This document shows, piece after piece, positions 16,371-26,348 of a stretch of 64,000 bases of DNA (within the stretch, counting starts at the first letter, position 1; every line of letters starts with the position of its first letter). Under the pieces are notes generated by a model. That model was not told where the DNA came from. It ran no database searches and was given only the letters and a program-made list of their open reading frames with translations. The position numbers were made by a program, and so were the translations under genes. Origin of the DNA: a virus; IMG/VR virus record IMGVR_UViG_3300027733_000032, one strand, 5' to 3'.

Positions 16371-16599
16371 CTTACTCAAGATTGCAAAAGTTTTTAATCG
16401 TCCGTTTACGGTCAAGGACGTTCGCCACATACTGGCAGTATTTGATAGGGACTCTCGTGTAAAAGAAAGTGCCGAGATTCTCATTACACACGGGCTACTT
16501 GTGAGGGTCGACGAGAATTCATATGCAATTACGCCAAAGGGAAGAGATGGGCTTTTTGAATTAGTGAGGCAGTATTCGTTAAAAACAATGCTTTCTTAA
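16339..16599 (+). CDS. Winged-helix-like protein
   Basis: FTVKDV...L..HGLL...YAITPKGR wing motif. Confidence 0.6.
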   Translation: MKIKYNSKSHDLLKIAKVFNRPFTVKDVRHILAVFDRDSRVKESAEILITHGLLVRVDENSYAITPKGRDGLFELVRQYSLKTMLS

Positions 16600-16606
16600 T
16601 TGCTGT

Positions 16607-16942
16607 TTAATTTGACTTCGATATGAGCCAAGCCTGAAATACTTCATCATCAAGTGGGACGAACCAAAGTTGACTAGCCTCTGGGTCGTAGGAGTCACCA
16701 ACAAGTGACCAGCAAATTTGCAAAGTATCTTTTGCTGCGCATGAACCGACGTTGCAATCGAGCCCAAACCTGCTAATAAAATGGACAACTATGCATCCGA
16801 ATCTGTCGGTATGACATTCTCCGGAATCTCCAAATGGGCAAAATATATCAACTATTTCTACGTCAGATTTATTGATATGTAGTGTAATCAGGTGGCCGTC
16901 ATTATGCCACAGCATCTCGCTATCATTTACTACGGTGCTCAT
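16607..16942 (-). CDS. Hypothetical protein (Cys-rich)
   Basis: 111 aa ORF filling the gap in the minus-strand operon. Confidence 0.65.
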   Translation of the reverse strand: MSTVVNDSEMLWHNDGHLITLHINKSDVEIVDIFCPFGDSGECHTDRFGCIVVHFISRFGLDCNVGSCAAKDTLQICWSLVGDSYDPEASQLWFVPLDDEVFQAWLISKSN

Positions 16943-17005
16943 TGTTGCCTTTGTTTAGATTTACATTTTTAGCCTACGTTTTGAGGCGAAGTTAACATGA
17001 GCCTA

Positions 17006-17239
17006 CTATTTGCTATCGGCTCTGTCAACTTTATTGAATACGGAGTTTATTTCTCCTACAGATAGTTTACCGTCATCTAGGTACGCCCGGGACAACCCTT
17101 CGACAACTTGCGCCACTCCGGCGACGCCAGCCATGAAGACTGCCTTCCATAAAGGAATGTTGGCGATAGCGCCAGCGCCGATAACACCAAGCCCTGAGGC
17201 TGCAAATGTTGCCAAAATACGAAATGCAAGAGTTTTCAT
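17006..17239 (-). CDS. Holin-like two-TM protein
   Basis: Two hydrophobic helices and a charged C-terminus; lies downstream of the endolysin. Confidence 0.55.
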   Translation of the reverse strand: MKTLAFRILATFAASGLGVIGAGAIANIPLWKAVFMAGVAGVAQVVEGLSRAYLDDGKLSVGEINSVFNKVDRADSK

Positions 17240-17263
17240 AATTTTATCCCCTAATAATTGTTT

Positions 17264-17443
17264 TTATTCTTCAAATTCACCTTTTGCGTGGTCGTTGATA
17301 TGACCATCAATTTTAATCTCAATGCGATTTAATGACTGCACCACAAGGCTGTGGTCGTCCTTGTTCTCTTTGCGACCCTTCTGAATAATCACCGTCAAAA
17401 CGGCAAACACCCCACCGATGACTGCAACAAGTACCGCCTCCAT
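17264..17443 (-). CDS. Small single-TM protein with coiled-coil tail (59 aa, not in the ORF track)
   Basis: MEAVLVAVIGGVFAVLTVIIQKGRKENKDDHSLVVQSLNRIEIKIDGHINDHAKGEFEE*; coupled to the upstream stop. Confidence 0.7.
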   Translation of the reverse strand: MEAVLVAVIGGVFAVLTVIIQKGRKENKDDHSLVVQSLNRIEIKIDGHINDHAKGEFEE

Positions 17444-17712
17444 CAGATTTCCGAATCCGGGTTGTCGTTGCCTTTTCGAGAGTTAGAAATCATCAATCCA
17501 GCAAGGGTTCCGGTAATAAACGTGGCAACACTTGAAAGAACGCTAAAAAACATTTTGTCGTTCTCTGCTTGAGCACCGATGGGCTGGGTCACAAACACGA
17601 GCGCATACAAAATTGCCCCTGTCGTAAGGAGAAGAACTCCACCAAGGACGCAACCAATGACAAACTTGAGGCGAGCGTCCAATTCGTCTGCCGTGTAGCG
17701 TTTCTTCCTCAT
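17443..17712 (-). CDS. Two-TM membrane protein
   Basis: Probable start MRKKRYT at 17712 (ATGA overlap); two hydrophobic segments. Confidence 0.75.
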   Translation of the reverse strand: MRKKRYTADELDARLKFVIGCVLGGVLLLTTGAILYALVFVTQPIGAQAENDKMFFSVLSSVATFITGTLAGLMISNSRKGNDNPDSEI

Positions 17713-17900
17713 GGTTGACTTCCTTTTCCGATAAGCGTGAACCAGCACGAGCCATTTACTTCGCAAATAGGTGGATTGCATTCTTCGTTCTCCCAGTTTG
17801 CGGGGTCTTGACATGGGTACCTAAAATGCCCATCACTACATGAAGTGAGCATTGGGGTAAGTAGCAAAGACAGACCAATTATTAATTGAGTAATTTTCAT
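17709..17900 (-). CDS. Cys-rich lipoprotein
   Basis: MKITQLIIGLSLLLTPMLTS-C lipobox, followed by four more Cys (RYPCQDP..W...CNPPIC...GSC). Confidence 0.7.
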   Translation of the reverse strand: MKITQLIIGLSLLLTPMLTSCSDGHFRYPCQDPANWENEECNPPICEVNGSCWFTLIGKGSQP

Positions 17901-17919
17901 GGCTCCCTTTCTGGGAATA

Positions 17920-18726
17920 TCAGCCAAACATTTTCTTCCATGTCACAGGACCAACGGAACCGTCGGTAGCCAAGCCATTAGCCTTTTGCCAAGCCTTCAA
18001 CGCCTCGACGGACTTGGGACCGAAATCGCCGTCAGCCTTGGCACCAATGATTGCTTGAACCAATGATGCGCTTGCGCCCTTGGAGCCCAAACCTACAGGT
18101 GTTCCTGGATAATCAAAGTGCATCCCACCGCCACCGGCAGGTGCAGCAGCAGCAGCGGCAGGAGCAGGTGCGGCGGAACCGTCGGGGGAAGCATCACCGA
18201 GAGCGTACTGCCAGTGCCATAGTTCAAATTCCTTAGAAGCCGGGTTGTCACCCTGTAGGTAAAAGCCGTACTTGGGAGCATTGGCACACATCCATGCGCC
18301 ACAAGCGCCACCCATTGAGGTGAGTTTGCCATTGACGTCATAACCAAGGTCGATTGCGAGTCCCCAGCCATGGTTGGAACCCTTGAGTCCAGTGGGGTCC
18401 GGTGCTGCCGAAGGGGCCTTGCCCTTCTTGAGGTACCAAGTCTTACCTTCATACTGACGGGTAACGCCAGTGCCAGTGTCTTCGGTGACGTAGCGGTCCA
18501 TGAACATGGTGAGTTGACCTTCAAAGGAACGGTAGTCGCCAACGTTCTTAAGTTTAAAACCTGCAGCGAGAGCAGCGTCGTATAACTTGTTAAATTGTTC
18601 TGCTACTGGGGCATACATCTGTCCACCAGTTTTTACTTTTGCTAAAACATTTGCTGGTAATTGGCCATTCTTGAACTGCTTGAGTGGCGTCGGTACAACA
18701 AGTTTAATGAAAGGGTACTGACTCAT
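17920..18726 (-). CDS. Endolysin: M15/VanY-like peptidase plus PG_binding_1
   Basis: YRS, SNHGWGLAID, ELWHWQY; C-terminal DGDFGP..KAWQKANGLATDGSVGPVTW. Confidence 0.9.
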   Translation of the reverse strand: MSQYPFIKLVVPTPLKQFKNGQLPANVLAKVKTGGQMYAPVAEQFNKLYDAALAAGFKLKNVGDYRSFEGQLTMFMDRYVTEDTGTGVTRQYEGKTWYLKKGKAPSAAPDPTGLKGSNHGWGLAIDLGYDVNGKLTSMGGACGAWMCANAPKYGFYLQGDNPASKEFELWHWQYALGDASPDGSAAPAPAAAAAAPAGGGGMHFDYPGTPVGLGSKGASASLVQAIIGAKADGDFGPKSVEALKAWQKANGLATDGSVGPVTWKKMFG

Positions 18727-18780
18727 AAAAATCTCCCAAAGATACTAAAGTTATAGAAGTATATTGTACAGGGTTTACTC

Positions 18781-18960
18781 CTACTCGTCAGATGGTTTGA
18801 TGATTGCAATGAGCAGATGTAGCAATAAAGCAAATATAAATATCTGAATTCCTTGAGATTTTGTTGGTCCACTGAGAGTGATAAGAACCAAGATTGTCCC
18901 TGCCACTGTCCAGTTCAAGCCGTCAAGAATATTTAGTAATTTTTTAAAGTATTTTTTCAT
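18781..18960 (-). CDS. Small two-TM protein (59 aa, not in the ORF track)
   Basis: MKKYFKKLLNILDGLNWTVAGTILVLITLSGPTKSQGIQIFIFALLLHLLIAIIKPSDE*; TAATG coupling to the large surface protein. Confidence 0.7.
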   Translation of the reverse strand: MKKYFKKLLNILDGLNWTVAGTILVLITLSGPTKSQGIQIFIFALLLHLLIAIIKPSDE

Positions 18961-21900
18961 TATTTCCTCTTTCCAGTATTTTTGTTTTTGTTATCAGTTG
19001 CGGCGACAGGGCCACTACTTGAAGGGGTAGGTGCTGGCTGTGGCAGCATTGTCATCGTTAAGCCAGCAGCGGCGATAATGACACGACGAGTACTGACGGG
19101 GACGTTTGACCCAACAGGGACATAGGTGTCTACGTTGCCTGCAGAAAAAATGTCAATTTCACTCTCAAAAGCAGCCTTGACTTCGGTTGGAGCATTTTGA
19201 ACTGCCTCAACAAGAGCCGCCGCTTCTTCGTCGGTAATCTCCGAAATAGGAACTTCAGCAAAAATTTCTGAAGCCTGGTCACCCGTGATAGATTGCAGAA
19301 CTTCGCCACTCGTAGCAATACTCACAGCCTGTGATTCAGTGATTCCATTGTCAATAATGGAGGTAACGGCTGATTGGACTTGCTCATCAGTAACACTGTC
19401 GCCACCCAAAACATCAACCAACTCATCAAATGCAGCATCTGAAATTGGTTCATCTAAAATGGCATCGATAACCGAGTTAAATGCTTCATCGCTTAATGGT
19501 TCCTCAAAAATAGTATTAAGAACCTCAGCAAATGCTTCATCACTAATATCTGCTGTGAAAACCTGGTCTACTACAGCGGCTATTTCTTGGTCGGATAAAT
19601 CTTGACTAAAAACTTGGTCAACAAGTTCCGTTAATGCATCGTCTGATAAATATTGACTAAATACTTCAGCAACGACAGAAGCGAATTCTTCAGAACTTAA
19701 GTCCGATGCTAATAACGCACTAGCGACGCTTACTAATTCTTCCTCAGAGTCAGTATTGCTTAAAGCATCACTAACTGCATTGCCTAGTTCTTCAGGAGAT
19801 AGGTCACCTGAAAGAATGTCTCCAACAACCTCTTCTGCAGTTGGTGTTTCTTCTACCGGTATGTCCGGGGTTGTAGTTGTCGTTTCTTCTTCTGGGGCTG
19901 ATTCAGGTACGGTTGCTTCGGGTGACGTTGTGTCTTCGGAATCTCCGGTTCCTCCATCAGTGCCTCCATCGGTAGTATCTGGGGTTGTATCTATTGTATC
20001 TTCTGGTTCTGTATCGGGAGGTAAAGTAACTGGAAGTTCAGTTGTTGTTGGTTCCTCTGTTGTTGTAGGTGCTTCAGTTGTCGTCGGAGCCTCTGTAGTT
20101 GTGGTGGTTGGTGCTTCTGTTGTTGTGGTGGGAACTTCTGACGTAGTTGTTGTCGGAACTTCAGTTGTCGTTGTCGTAGGTGCTTCTGTTGTAGTAGTTG
20201 GGTTTGGGTCGTCTCCGTATTTGAGAACTATTGCGTATGTTTTTGCGGTGCCGCTACATGGGTCGCCAAAAGTAGAATTGTCAAACGTTAAACTTCCATT
20301 ACTTTTTCCAATGAATTCTTCAACAATGATTTGGTTTGATGTTTCTGCATGGCATGAACCTTTTTGGTATTGGCCATCAGTGCCCGTCGGGTTTCCGTAA
20401 CTAGCAAACAAAACTTCTGTAAATATTTTGCCTTCTGGAACAAATACTAGAATCGAATCACCCTCGGAGCCTGTTCGCCAAATTACATTTTCCGGCAATT
20501 CATATGGAGGGCTAGTTGTTGTTGTCGGAGTTTCTGTTGTAGTTGTCGGTACTTCTGTGGTCGTAGTCGTACTTGTCGTAGTTGTAGTGGTAGTAGTTGT
20601 TGTGGTTGTAGTTGTTGTAGTGGGCGTTTCTGTGCCAAGTAATTTAATGTAATAGCCACACCATTCACTACCCCACGTATAGGTTGAGACACCATTTGCA
20701 ATGCTGCCATCGTAGGATGAGTAGTTGTCTATTAGATATGGCTCAATGACCGCGGTCTCGCCGACTTCAATTAATCCTGCATGAACAGCAGCGGCAGCGA
20801 ATGTTGAATCATCCGTGTATGGTCCAGAACCCCATACGGCTCCTCCGGTAGACCCAGTTACAGTGAAGGCTCTGTATGGACCACACCCATTGCTTCCACC
20901 AATCAACGGCAAGGTAGTGGTGGTAGTTGTAGTGGGCGGAGTTGGGTCAAGAACAATTGCGTCTGCGTTTGTGCTTGGACCATATAAACAAGAGCCTTCG
21001 CCAACTCCAGCACAGGGTCCGTTCATTGCGTAGACCTTAAAACGAACAGGACCGTATCCGGTTGTGACTGGGTTGCTGCCATCGAACATCCAGTGACCAA
21101 GCGAGTAAGTAGTGTTTGCGACCTCTGTCGAAACACCCCAGCCGCCACGCTCAACGCCATCATCAAAGTCAACAAAGTTAATTGAGTAGCCGTAGATTTC
21201 GGTATTACTTGCAACTGGTGCATCCCACGCAAGATTGACGCTTCCGTCTTCATTTGCTGTTGCCGTCAAGTTTTGAACTGCATTGAAATAAGGAGCAACG
21301 ATTACTATTTCTTCATCGGCACCTAAATCACATATTGAAGAAGACTGCAATAAGGTACAGGTGTCATCTCCGCCCTCGCCGTAAAATAACGACTCTTCGC
21401 TGAGTGTTGAAACGGTGTCGTCACCATATCCACCATAAAACACCGAATACCACATTTGAGTGACAGTGTCGTTTCCTGCGCCACCCCAAAAATAGTCTTT
21501 CGTCCCACTATTAGAGTCAAGGTTGGGTGATTGATTGTTTTGACTGTTTCCACAATAGACATCTGGGCGATTCCCGTAGTCTTCTCCGAAGTTGCCGGAA
21601 CCAGAAGCAATATACACACCCCATGTACCAGCGTTGTATGCAGTAATGAACGTTGCTTCGGTATTGAGTCCAGTGGCGGAAAGAATTGACTGCTTGGTTA
21701 CTAAAGCATCATCAATATTATTGACGCATAAATCCAAAATACTAAGTTCATAGTTTGTGTGATATGGCGCATTTTCTCTATCTACACACAATGTGGATGT
21801 GTAGAGACCCTGGCAAGTATCCCATGCTGTATTTGTGTAGAGAGTCCAGTCATCTGGGGCGTTGTCCGTTACGTCATTGAAGTCGTAGTTGGTTAATTGC

Positions 21901-22415
21901 TCGTAAGTTGTTCCGTCACTTTTTGTTCCAATGAGGCTCACGTAGTCCACTATTGGCCCGTAGTTCCCGCCCCACCCTTCGCTATCTTGCCCATATACAG
22001 AGACCGCAATATGTTTAATATCCGACCACGCAATACCGGACGGAAGACCTGCATTTGTGGGGTTGATTGTGTATGTGGATACTTGATAATCGGCCAATAA
22101 AGTGATGTTGCCCGATTCAGGGTATCTAACCGTACTTAATGTTGACCATGCGTCATCATAGAGAGTAATTTCGGAGTATAAATTATCTGGTCCGTAAGCC
22201 CCATATCTCGCCTTAATAGAAAACGTCAATGACGAGTAATTAGAAATGTTTTCGGTATCGATTTGTTGACGAATATGGTTGGATGTATAGGAAAATCTGA
22301 CAACACCATTTGAATAATCATCAGCATAAACACGGGCCTGACTAGGCGCAAACCACGCCACAAGAGCGATAATCCAAAATATCCATTGCCCCTTACGGGT
22401 GCCCCTTTTTCGCAT
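18960..22415 (-). CDS. Large secreted/membrane-anchored mucin-like protein with FN3, LCCL and SUEL/Gal-lectin domains
   Basis: Signal peptide ending VYA; VWGSGPYTDDS..AAAVHAG (LCCL); FASYGNPTG..GSCH..FGDPC (SUEL); poly-Thr/PTTT linkers; acidic helical repeats; C-terminal hydrophobic segment and basic tail. Confidence 0.85.
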   Translation of the reverse strand: MRKRGTRKGQWIFWIIALVAWFAPSQARVYADDYSNGVVRFSYTSNHIRQQIDTENISNYSSLTFSIKARYGAYGPDNLYSEITLYDDAWSTLSTVRYPESGNITLLADYQVSTYTINPTNAGLPSGIAWSDIKHIAVSVYGQDSEGWGGNYGPIVDYVSLIGTKSDGTTYEQLTNYDFNDVTDNAPDDWTLYTNTAWDTCQGLYTSTLCVDRENAPYHTNYELSILDLCVNNIDDALVTKQSILSATGLNTEATFITAYNAGTWGVYIASGSGNFGEDYGNRPDVYCGNSQNNQSPNLDSNSGTKDYFWGGAGNDTVTQMWYSVFYGGYGDDTVSTLSEESLFYGEGGDDTCTLLQSSSICDLGADEEIVIVAPYFNAVQNLTATANEDGSVNLAWDAPVASNTEIYGYSINFVDFDDGVERGGWGVSTEVANTTYSLGHWMFDGSNPVTTGYGPVRFKVYAMNGPCAGVGEGSCLYGPSTNADAIVLDPTPPTTTTTTTLPLIGGSNGCGPYRAFTVTGSTGGAVWGSGPYTDDSTFAAAAVHAGLIEVGETAVIEPYLIDNYSSYDGSIANGVSTYTWGSEWCGYYIKLLGTETPTTTTTTTTTTTTTTTTSTTTTTEVPTTTTETPTTTTSPPYELPENVIWRTGSEGDSILVFVPEGKIFTEVLFASYGNPTGTDGQYQKGSCHAETSNQIIVEEFIGKSNGSLTFDNSTFGDPCSGTAKTYAIVLKYGDDPNPTTTTEAPTTTTTEVPTTTTSEVPTTTTEAPTTTTTEAPTTTEAPTTTEEPTTTELPVTLPPDTEPEDTIDTTPDTTDGGTDGGTGDSEDTTSPEATVPESAPEEETTTTTPDIPVEETPTAEEVVGDILSGDLSPEELGNAVSDALSNTDSEEELVSVASALLASDLSSEEFASVVAEVFSQYLSDDALTELVDQVFSQDLSDQEIAAVVDQVFTADISDEAFAEVLNTIFEEPLSDEAFNSVIDAILDEPISDAAFDELVDVLGGDSVTDEQVQSAVTSIIDNGITESQAVSIATSGEVLQSITGDQASEIFAEVPISEITDEEAAALVEAVQNAPTEVKAAFESEIDIFSAGNVDTYVPVGSNVPVSTRRVIIAAAGLTMTMLPQPAPTPSSSGPVAATDNKNKNTGKRK

Positions 22416-22507
22416 TTCTCACCACTTTGCAGGATAGTGTAATACTTTCTATTGTACTACTGACTATCTTTGAGTAGTAGTAACGACACTAGTGAGTGTG
22501 TCAGATA

Positions 22508-24352
22508 TTACGAAAATGAGCCACCAGTAGTTTCAACACCAGTGAGTTCTATTACTTTTCCTGCAAAATAGTCACCTACAAGACTGAGAACACATCCAGA
22601 ATTCCACGGTTTACCTAAAGTGGTAGACGTTGCAAAAAAGACCTTATTATGAAGTGCCGTTCCGCCTACGCTTACATACCGGTACAGGAATGAGTCCGTC
22701 ACACCAAGACTTCCGGCTCCACCATATATGTCTGGCCTAGCGGCATCTTGGGTTCCTTCACTTCCAATGGTAGAAAAACTAAATCTAAGATTCGTTGTAT
22801 TGCAGAGTGCGGCTCGGTCAAAGTTTGCCAGGTCAGATGGTCTCTTAAGTGTATTGCCACACCTAAAATAGGCACCTATTAAATCTACTCTTTGATAACC
22901 AACGTCATTTGGGGTTGCGCCAATTCCACTTGAACCAAAAGTTATAGCCAGTCTTGCTGGCTCGCATACATTTGTTGGGATGACGTATGTGTAATCGGAG
23001 TAGTATGTCTGACCAAAGTCGCTTCCTCGCCAAACTTTTGCAACGTCCTTTTTGGGCGTCACCCAAGTTTTTGTATTTCCTAAACCACTGTCAGCAGTAG
23101 TAACTCCGTCTGCGAACAAGCGAGTCCTTACGTATGCCCTATATGTGTACGTCGCGTTATATGACTGGCTCCCAATGCTGACGCTAAAGGTTGAACCTGC
23201 GAGCGTCGCTGCGTAAGTTCCAGTTCCAGTTGCGCCACCAGTACTACTAGAAACGACGACAAAACCCGATGAGGCGTATGTCGGTTTAGAGAAGGTCAAG
23301 GCAACCGTACTAGTGCTGCTGGTTGTCATTCCACTAAAGGCAAGGTCTGTCGGTGCTGCTGGCGTCCCTGGGTTTGTGGTTGCTGTTGCCGAAGTTGATA
23401 TTGTCTCCGCTCCGCTTGTGGCAGCAACCGCCTTTACCTGAACCCTGTGACCGGTATCTACGGCGAGACCAGTAACTGCCGCTGTCGTATTGGGCATAGC
23501 AATCCATGCGCCACTCGGGGTTGTTCCTTCGTAGACGCGAAACTGGTAGTTGCTGATTGGGTATGTCCCTGCCGTCGAAGTTCCTCGACTTACGGTTGCT
23601 GTAGTGGTTCCCGTTATGGACAGCGTTGCTCCTGGTGCGCCGGGAGCAGTTTCCGCCGTAGTAGATATGGTAGTAGAAACCGTACTTGTTCCAACACCAG
23701 GCGACGATGCCGTATATCTAAAAGATACGGTGTAATTAGTTTTGGGCACTAACGCTGCTCCACTAGCATTGGTTGTTGTGCGCCTATCGTAGACTGTTTC
23801 CGTAAATGGAACATATGAAGCAGTACTGCCGGTAAGGTGTAGTGAGTATTCGCGTGTACCGATTGCGTATGTCCCAGCAGTTCCGTCTGAATAGGCGAAA
23901 GATACCCCAAGCGCAGTAGAACTAGGTGATGGCGTGGGTGCTGTTGGACCGACTTCTGCTGCTGTAGTAAATCGAATTCTGCTTGTTGGTTCGCTGACTA
24001 GACCAGCAACGTCTACGGTTCGCATGTAAAGACCGTATCTTGTGCTTGTTAGAAGATTGGAAAGCAAAAAAGAAGTGGCACCGGCAGAAGCGGCAGTTTG
24101 GTATGTCCCCGCAACGACGATATTGTCACTACTGTCCAGTTGGTCTACTTTGAATTCAAAACTGGCAATGGCAAAAGAAGTTACAGTTGATGTGAAACTG
24201 ACCGTCGTATTGATTCTATTTGTAGTATTTCCCGAACCGGTCAGTGTCGCGTTGTCTGATGGAGCCGAAATTGTTGGGGGCAATGGAGGACTGCCGTTAC
24301 GCAGCCCTAGGGCCCTTGATGAAGCGGAACTAAAAGTACCAAACAGGGGCAT
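22508..24352 (-). CDS. FN3/Ig-like repeat virion or tail-associated protein
   Basis: Thr/Ser/Ala-rich beta-sandwich repeats (L...TRYGLY.R.VD, TNYTVSFRY, TYTYRAY). Confidence 0.72.
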   Translation of the reverse strand: MPLFGTFSSASSRALGLRNGSPPLPPTISAPSDNATLTGSGNTTNRINTTVSFTSTVTSFAIASFEFKVDQLDSSDNIVVAGTYQTAASAGATSFLLSNLLTSTRYGLYMRTVDVAGLVSEPTSRIRFTTAAEVGPTAPTPSPSSTALGVSFAYSDGTAGTYAIGTREYSLHLTGSTASYVPFTETVYDRRTTTNASGAALVPKTNYTVSFRYTASSPGVGTSTVSTTISTTAETAPGAPGATLSITGTTTATVSRGTSTAGTYPISNYQFRVYEGTTPSGAWIAMPNTTAAVTGLAVDTGHRVQVKAVAATSGAETISTSATATTNPGTPAAPTDLAFSGMTTSSTSTVALTFSKPTYASSGFVVVSSSTGGATGTGTYAATLAGSTFSVSIGSQSYNATYTYRAYVRTRLFADGVTTADSGLGNTKTWVTPKKDVAKVWRGSDFGQTYYSDYTYVIPTNVCEPARLAITFGSSGIGATPNDVGYQRVDLIGAYFRCGNTLKRPSDLANFDRAALCNTTNLRFSFSTIGSEGTQDAARPDIYGGAGSLGVTDSFLYRYVSVGGTALHNKVFFATSTTLGKPWNSGCVLSLVGDYFAGKVIELTGVETTGGSFS

Positions 24353-24360
24353 GATTAAAC

Positions 24361-24924
24361 CTAGTTATCAAATTCGGTTTTAGATGCAAAAACTGTATAT
24401 GTGTTTGCTGCAGTCTTGATTATTGTGTATGTATAAACATCAAATGCAGTCAAACTTCCGGCAGAAGGAGCAATACCACCCTGCCAATAAACGGTAGTCG
24501 CTGCCCCATCTATTGTTAGTGCGGTTGCGTATGCTGCGACGTTCGATATGTAGACGGCTAATGAAATCGTAATACTCTCGCCAGTTGCTAAATAGTTATT
24601 TAAGGAATCGGCATTAGCATTACTGCTTGCATGTCCAATATTTACAGTCCATGTTCCTGATGTATTGCCCGTATATAACCAAGCAGATTTGGTTTCTGTT
24701 TTTGGATTGAGATTAATGCTGGTAGTTATTAGGGTGAGACTAATTCCAGCGTTGGTATTTACTGCCCAGGATTCCCTTGGAGTTGCCAAAAGAGAATTAT
24801 TGACTGTGGGGGTATTGAGAATGGGAGCAGTCAGGGTCTTGTCGGTGATTGTTTCAGCACCGCTGATTTCGACGATACGGTCGATGCCACCAATACTGTC
24901 ATACTTATTGATGAGTCTTCCCAT
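24361..24924 (-). CDS. Tail fibre-associated structural protein
   Basis: ETITDKTLTAP.LNTP fibre motif; C-terminal WQGG.AP...FDVYTYTIIKT. Confidence 0.68.
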   Translation of the reverse strand: MGRLINKYDSIGGIDRIVEISGAETITDKTLTAPILNTPTVNNSLLATPRESWAVNTNAGISLTLITTSINLNPKTETKSAWLYTGNTSGTWTVNIGHASSNANADSLNNYLATGESITISLAVYISNVAAYATALTIDGAATTVYWQGGIAPSAGSLTAFDVYTYTIIKTAANTYTVFASKTEFDN

Positions 24925-24925
24925 G

Positions 24926-25276
24926 TTATGCGGTCTCGACTATTCCACTGATTGTTATTGTAATTTTGCTTGCAATGCTCGCCTTCCCGTAAATTTTTTC
25001 GCTAGCGACCATAACTAGGGAAAGATTAATTAGTCTAGTTTCACCCGGGTCAAGAGCAACTGCACTGAAAATTAGGTCGTTTGGCTCTGTCGCCGTAGTA
25101 TCACTAGAGCCCAGTAGGCATAAACTAAAAGTTATCGTTGCTGATGGGTCGGTATTACAAACCATTATTTGCTTGACAATAGTAGTTATGGCCGATGCGC
25201 CAGCGTTATAAATTTCTCCGTACGTGCTTGCGAGGAGGTCCGGGCCTAATCCTAGGCGTGTCTGTGTGTAAGCCAT
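24926..25276 (-). CDS. Small beta-rich structural protein (paralog of 37774-38142)
   Basis: Shared pattern IVKQIMVCNT / VIKEIVLCNT, then L...ET...SLV. Confidence 0.7.
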   Translation of the reverse strand: MAYTQTRLGLGPDLLASTYGEIYNAGASAITTIVKQIMVCNTDPSATITFSLCLLGSSDTTATEPNDLIFSAVALDPGETRLINLSLVMVASEKIYGKASIASKITITISGIVETA

Positions 25277-25502
25277 TGTGCCTCCATAAATGCATGAACA
25301 TCTATATCTTAGCGCATATTAGGGCCAGGATTGATGAATTCAGAGCCCATCAAAGAGGTCATCAAGAAAAGTAAGGTGTTTATCAGCAATAATTACAACA
25401 TTTTATTGAATCAAATCATTATGTTGCCATTGAGTAGTCTGGGGGGTATGTGCTGCTTGTGTATCATTTTCTTTATATGCAAGCATTTAATGCCGTAATT
25501 TA

Positions 25503-26348
25503 TTAATTCTCCAATGAGGATAATTTTTCTTTCACAATTTTTATCTGTAAACAAATTTCGTATATGTCAGCAAATTGTTTATTGTGCAAATTTAAAATTC
25601 CTATTCTTGCCAACCATAGTTTGAATTCTACTGGTTCTGGTGGCGCAATCTCCGGTAGCGAGCACGTACCAGTTTTAAAGTATTGTGCAACTTGCATGTC
25701 GGGCAGTTGCATGAGCGACCTTACTGGTTGAACTGAATCTTGTTGGTCAACATGAAGCCCGAGACTGGTCAATATTTCGTGAGCAACTTCTGCCATTGGC
25801 TCACGACTTTCTGCGTAAACGTATGCCCATTGCCATTCAAGCAATAGTTTAAATAGTTCGTGTAGTGATGGCGCCCCAGGATATGGATGAATCATCTGAT
25901 ACTGCTTGATTAGGTGTTCAGAGCCTGGAGTTAGTTCGTTGTAGATAATTGAGGCTCCACCTGGGATGTTGTAAATTACGACATGGCTTACGACTTTATT
26001 CAAGAAATCGGAGTCCATGAGGATATCTTTGAATTCAGTACGACCGTAGAGTTCGTCCATTGGGACGTTCATATGAGTGTCGGTTGATGAGCATGTTGGC
26101 GCCATCCAGTGGTCTGGTTGTTCGGAAATTGGGACACTTTTCCATACTCTGAATCCGTATCTGAATCGTATTGCTGGCGTAATAAATGGACTAAACATTG
26201 AACCAATTTGATTGATGACGTCGTCTTCGGATTCAAATAAATCCAAATCAAAACCAGTGCTAGCAAGTGACTTGTAGAGAGACACTTCAAGTTCATCAAT
26301 TGTTTCTCTAAGTGCTTCAATTTTTATTTGATTTGACAGATTTGCCAT
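25503..26348 (-). CDS. Hypothetical protein with an N-terminal small helical module
   Basis: 281 aa; the N-terminus aligns with 30368, 33558 and 34567 (K..A...L...G.D.D). Confidence 0.7.
   Translation of the reverse strand: MANLSNQIKIEALRETIDELEVSLYKSLASTGFDLDLFESEDDVINQIGSMFSPFITPAIRFRYGFRVWKSVPISEQPDHWMAPTCSSTDTHMNVPMDELYGRTEFKDILMDSDFLNKVVSHVVIYNIPGGASIIYNELTPGSEHLIKQYQMIHPYPGAPSLHELFKLLLEWQWAYVYAESREPMAEVAHEILTSLGLHVDQQDSVQPVRSLMQLPDMQVAQYFKTGTCSLPEIAPPEPVEFKLWLARIGILNLHNKQFADIYEICLQIKIVKEKLSSLEN

Noticed and set aside
17443-17900. Calling the lipoprotein/2-TM pair a spanin
   Set aside because: The membrane protein lacks a long periplasmic coiled coil, the gene order differs, and the inferred host is monoderm.
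19285-20652. Val-rich + strand ORFs (19285, 19756, 20428)
   Set aside because: Antisense of the poly-Thr and acidic repeats of the surface protein.
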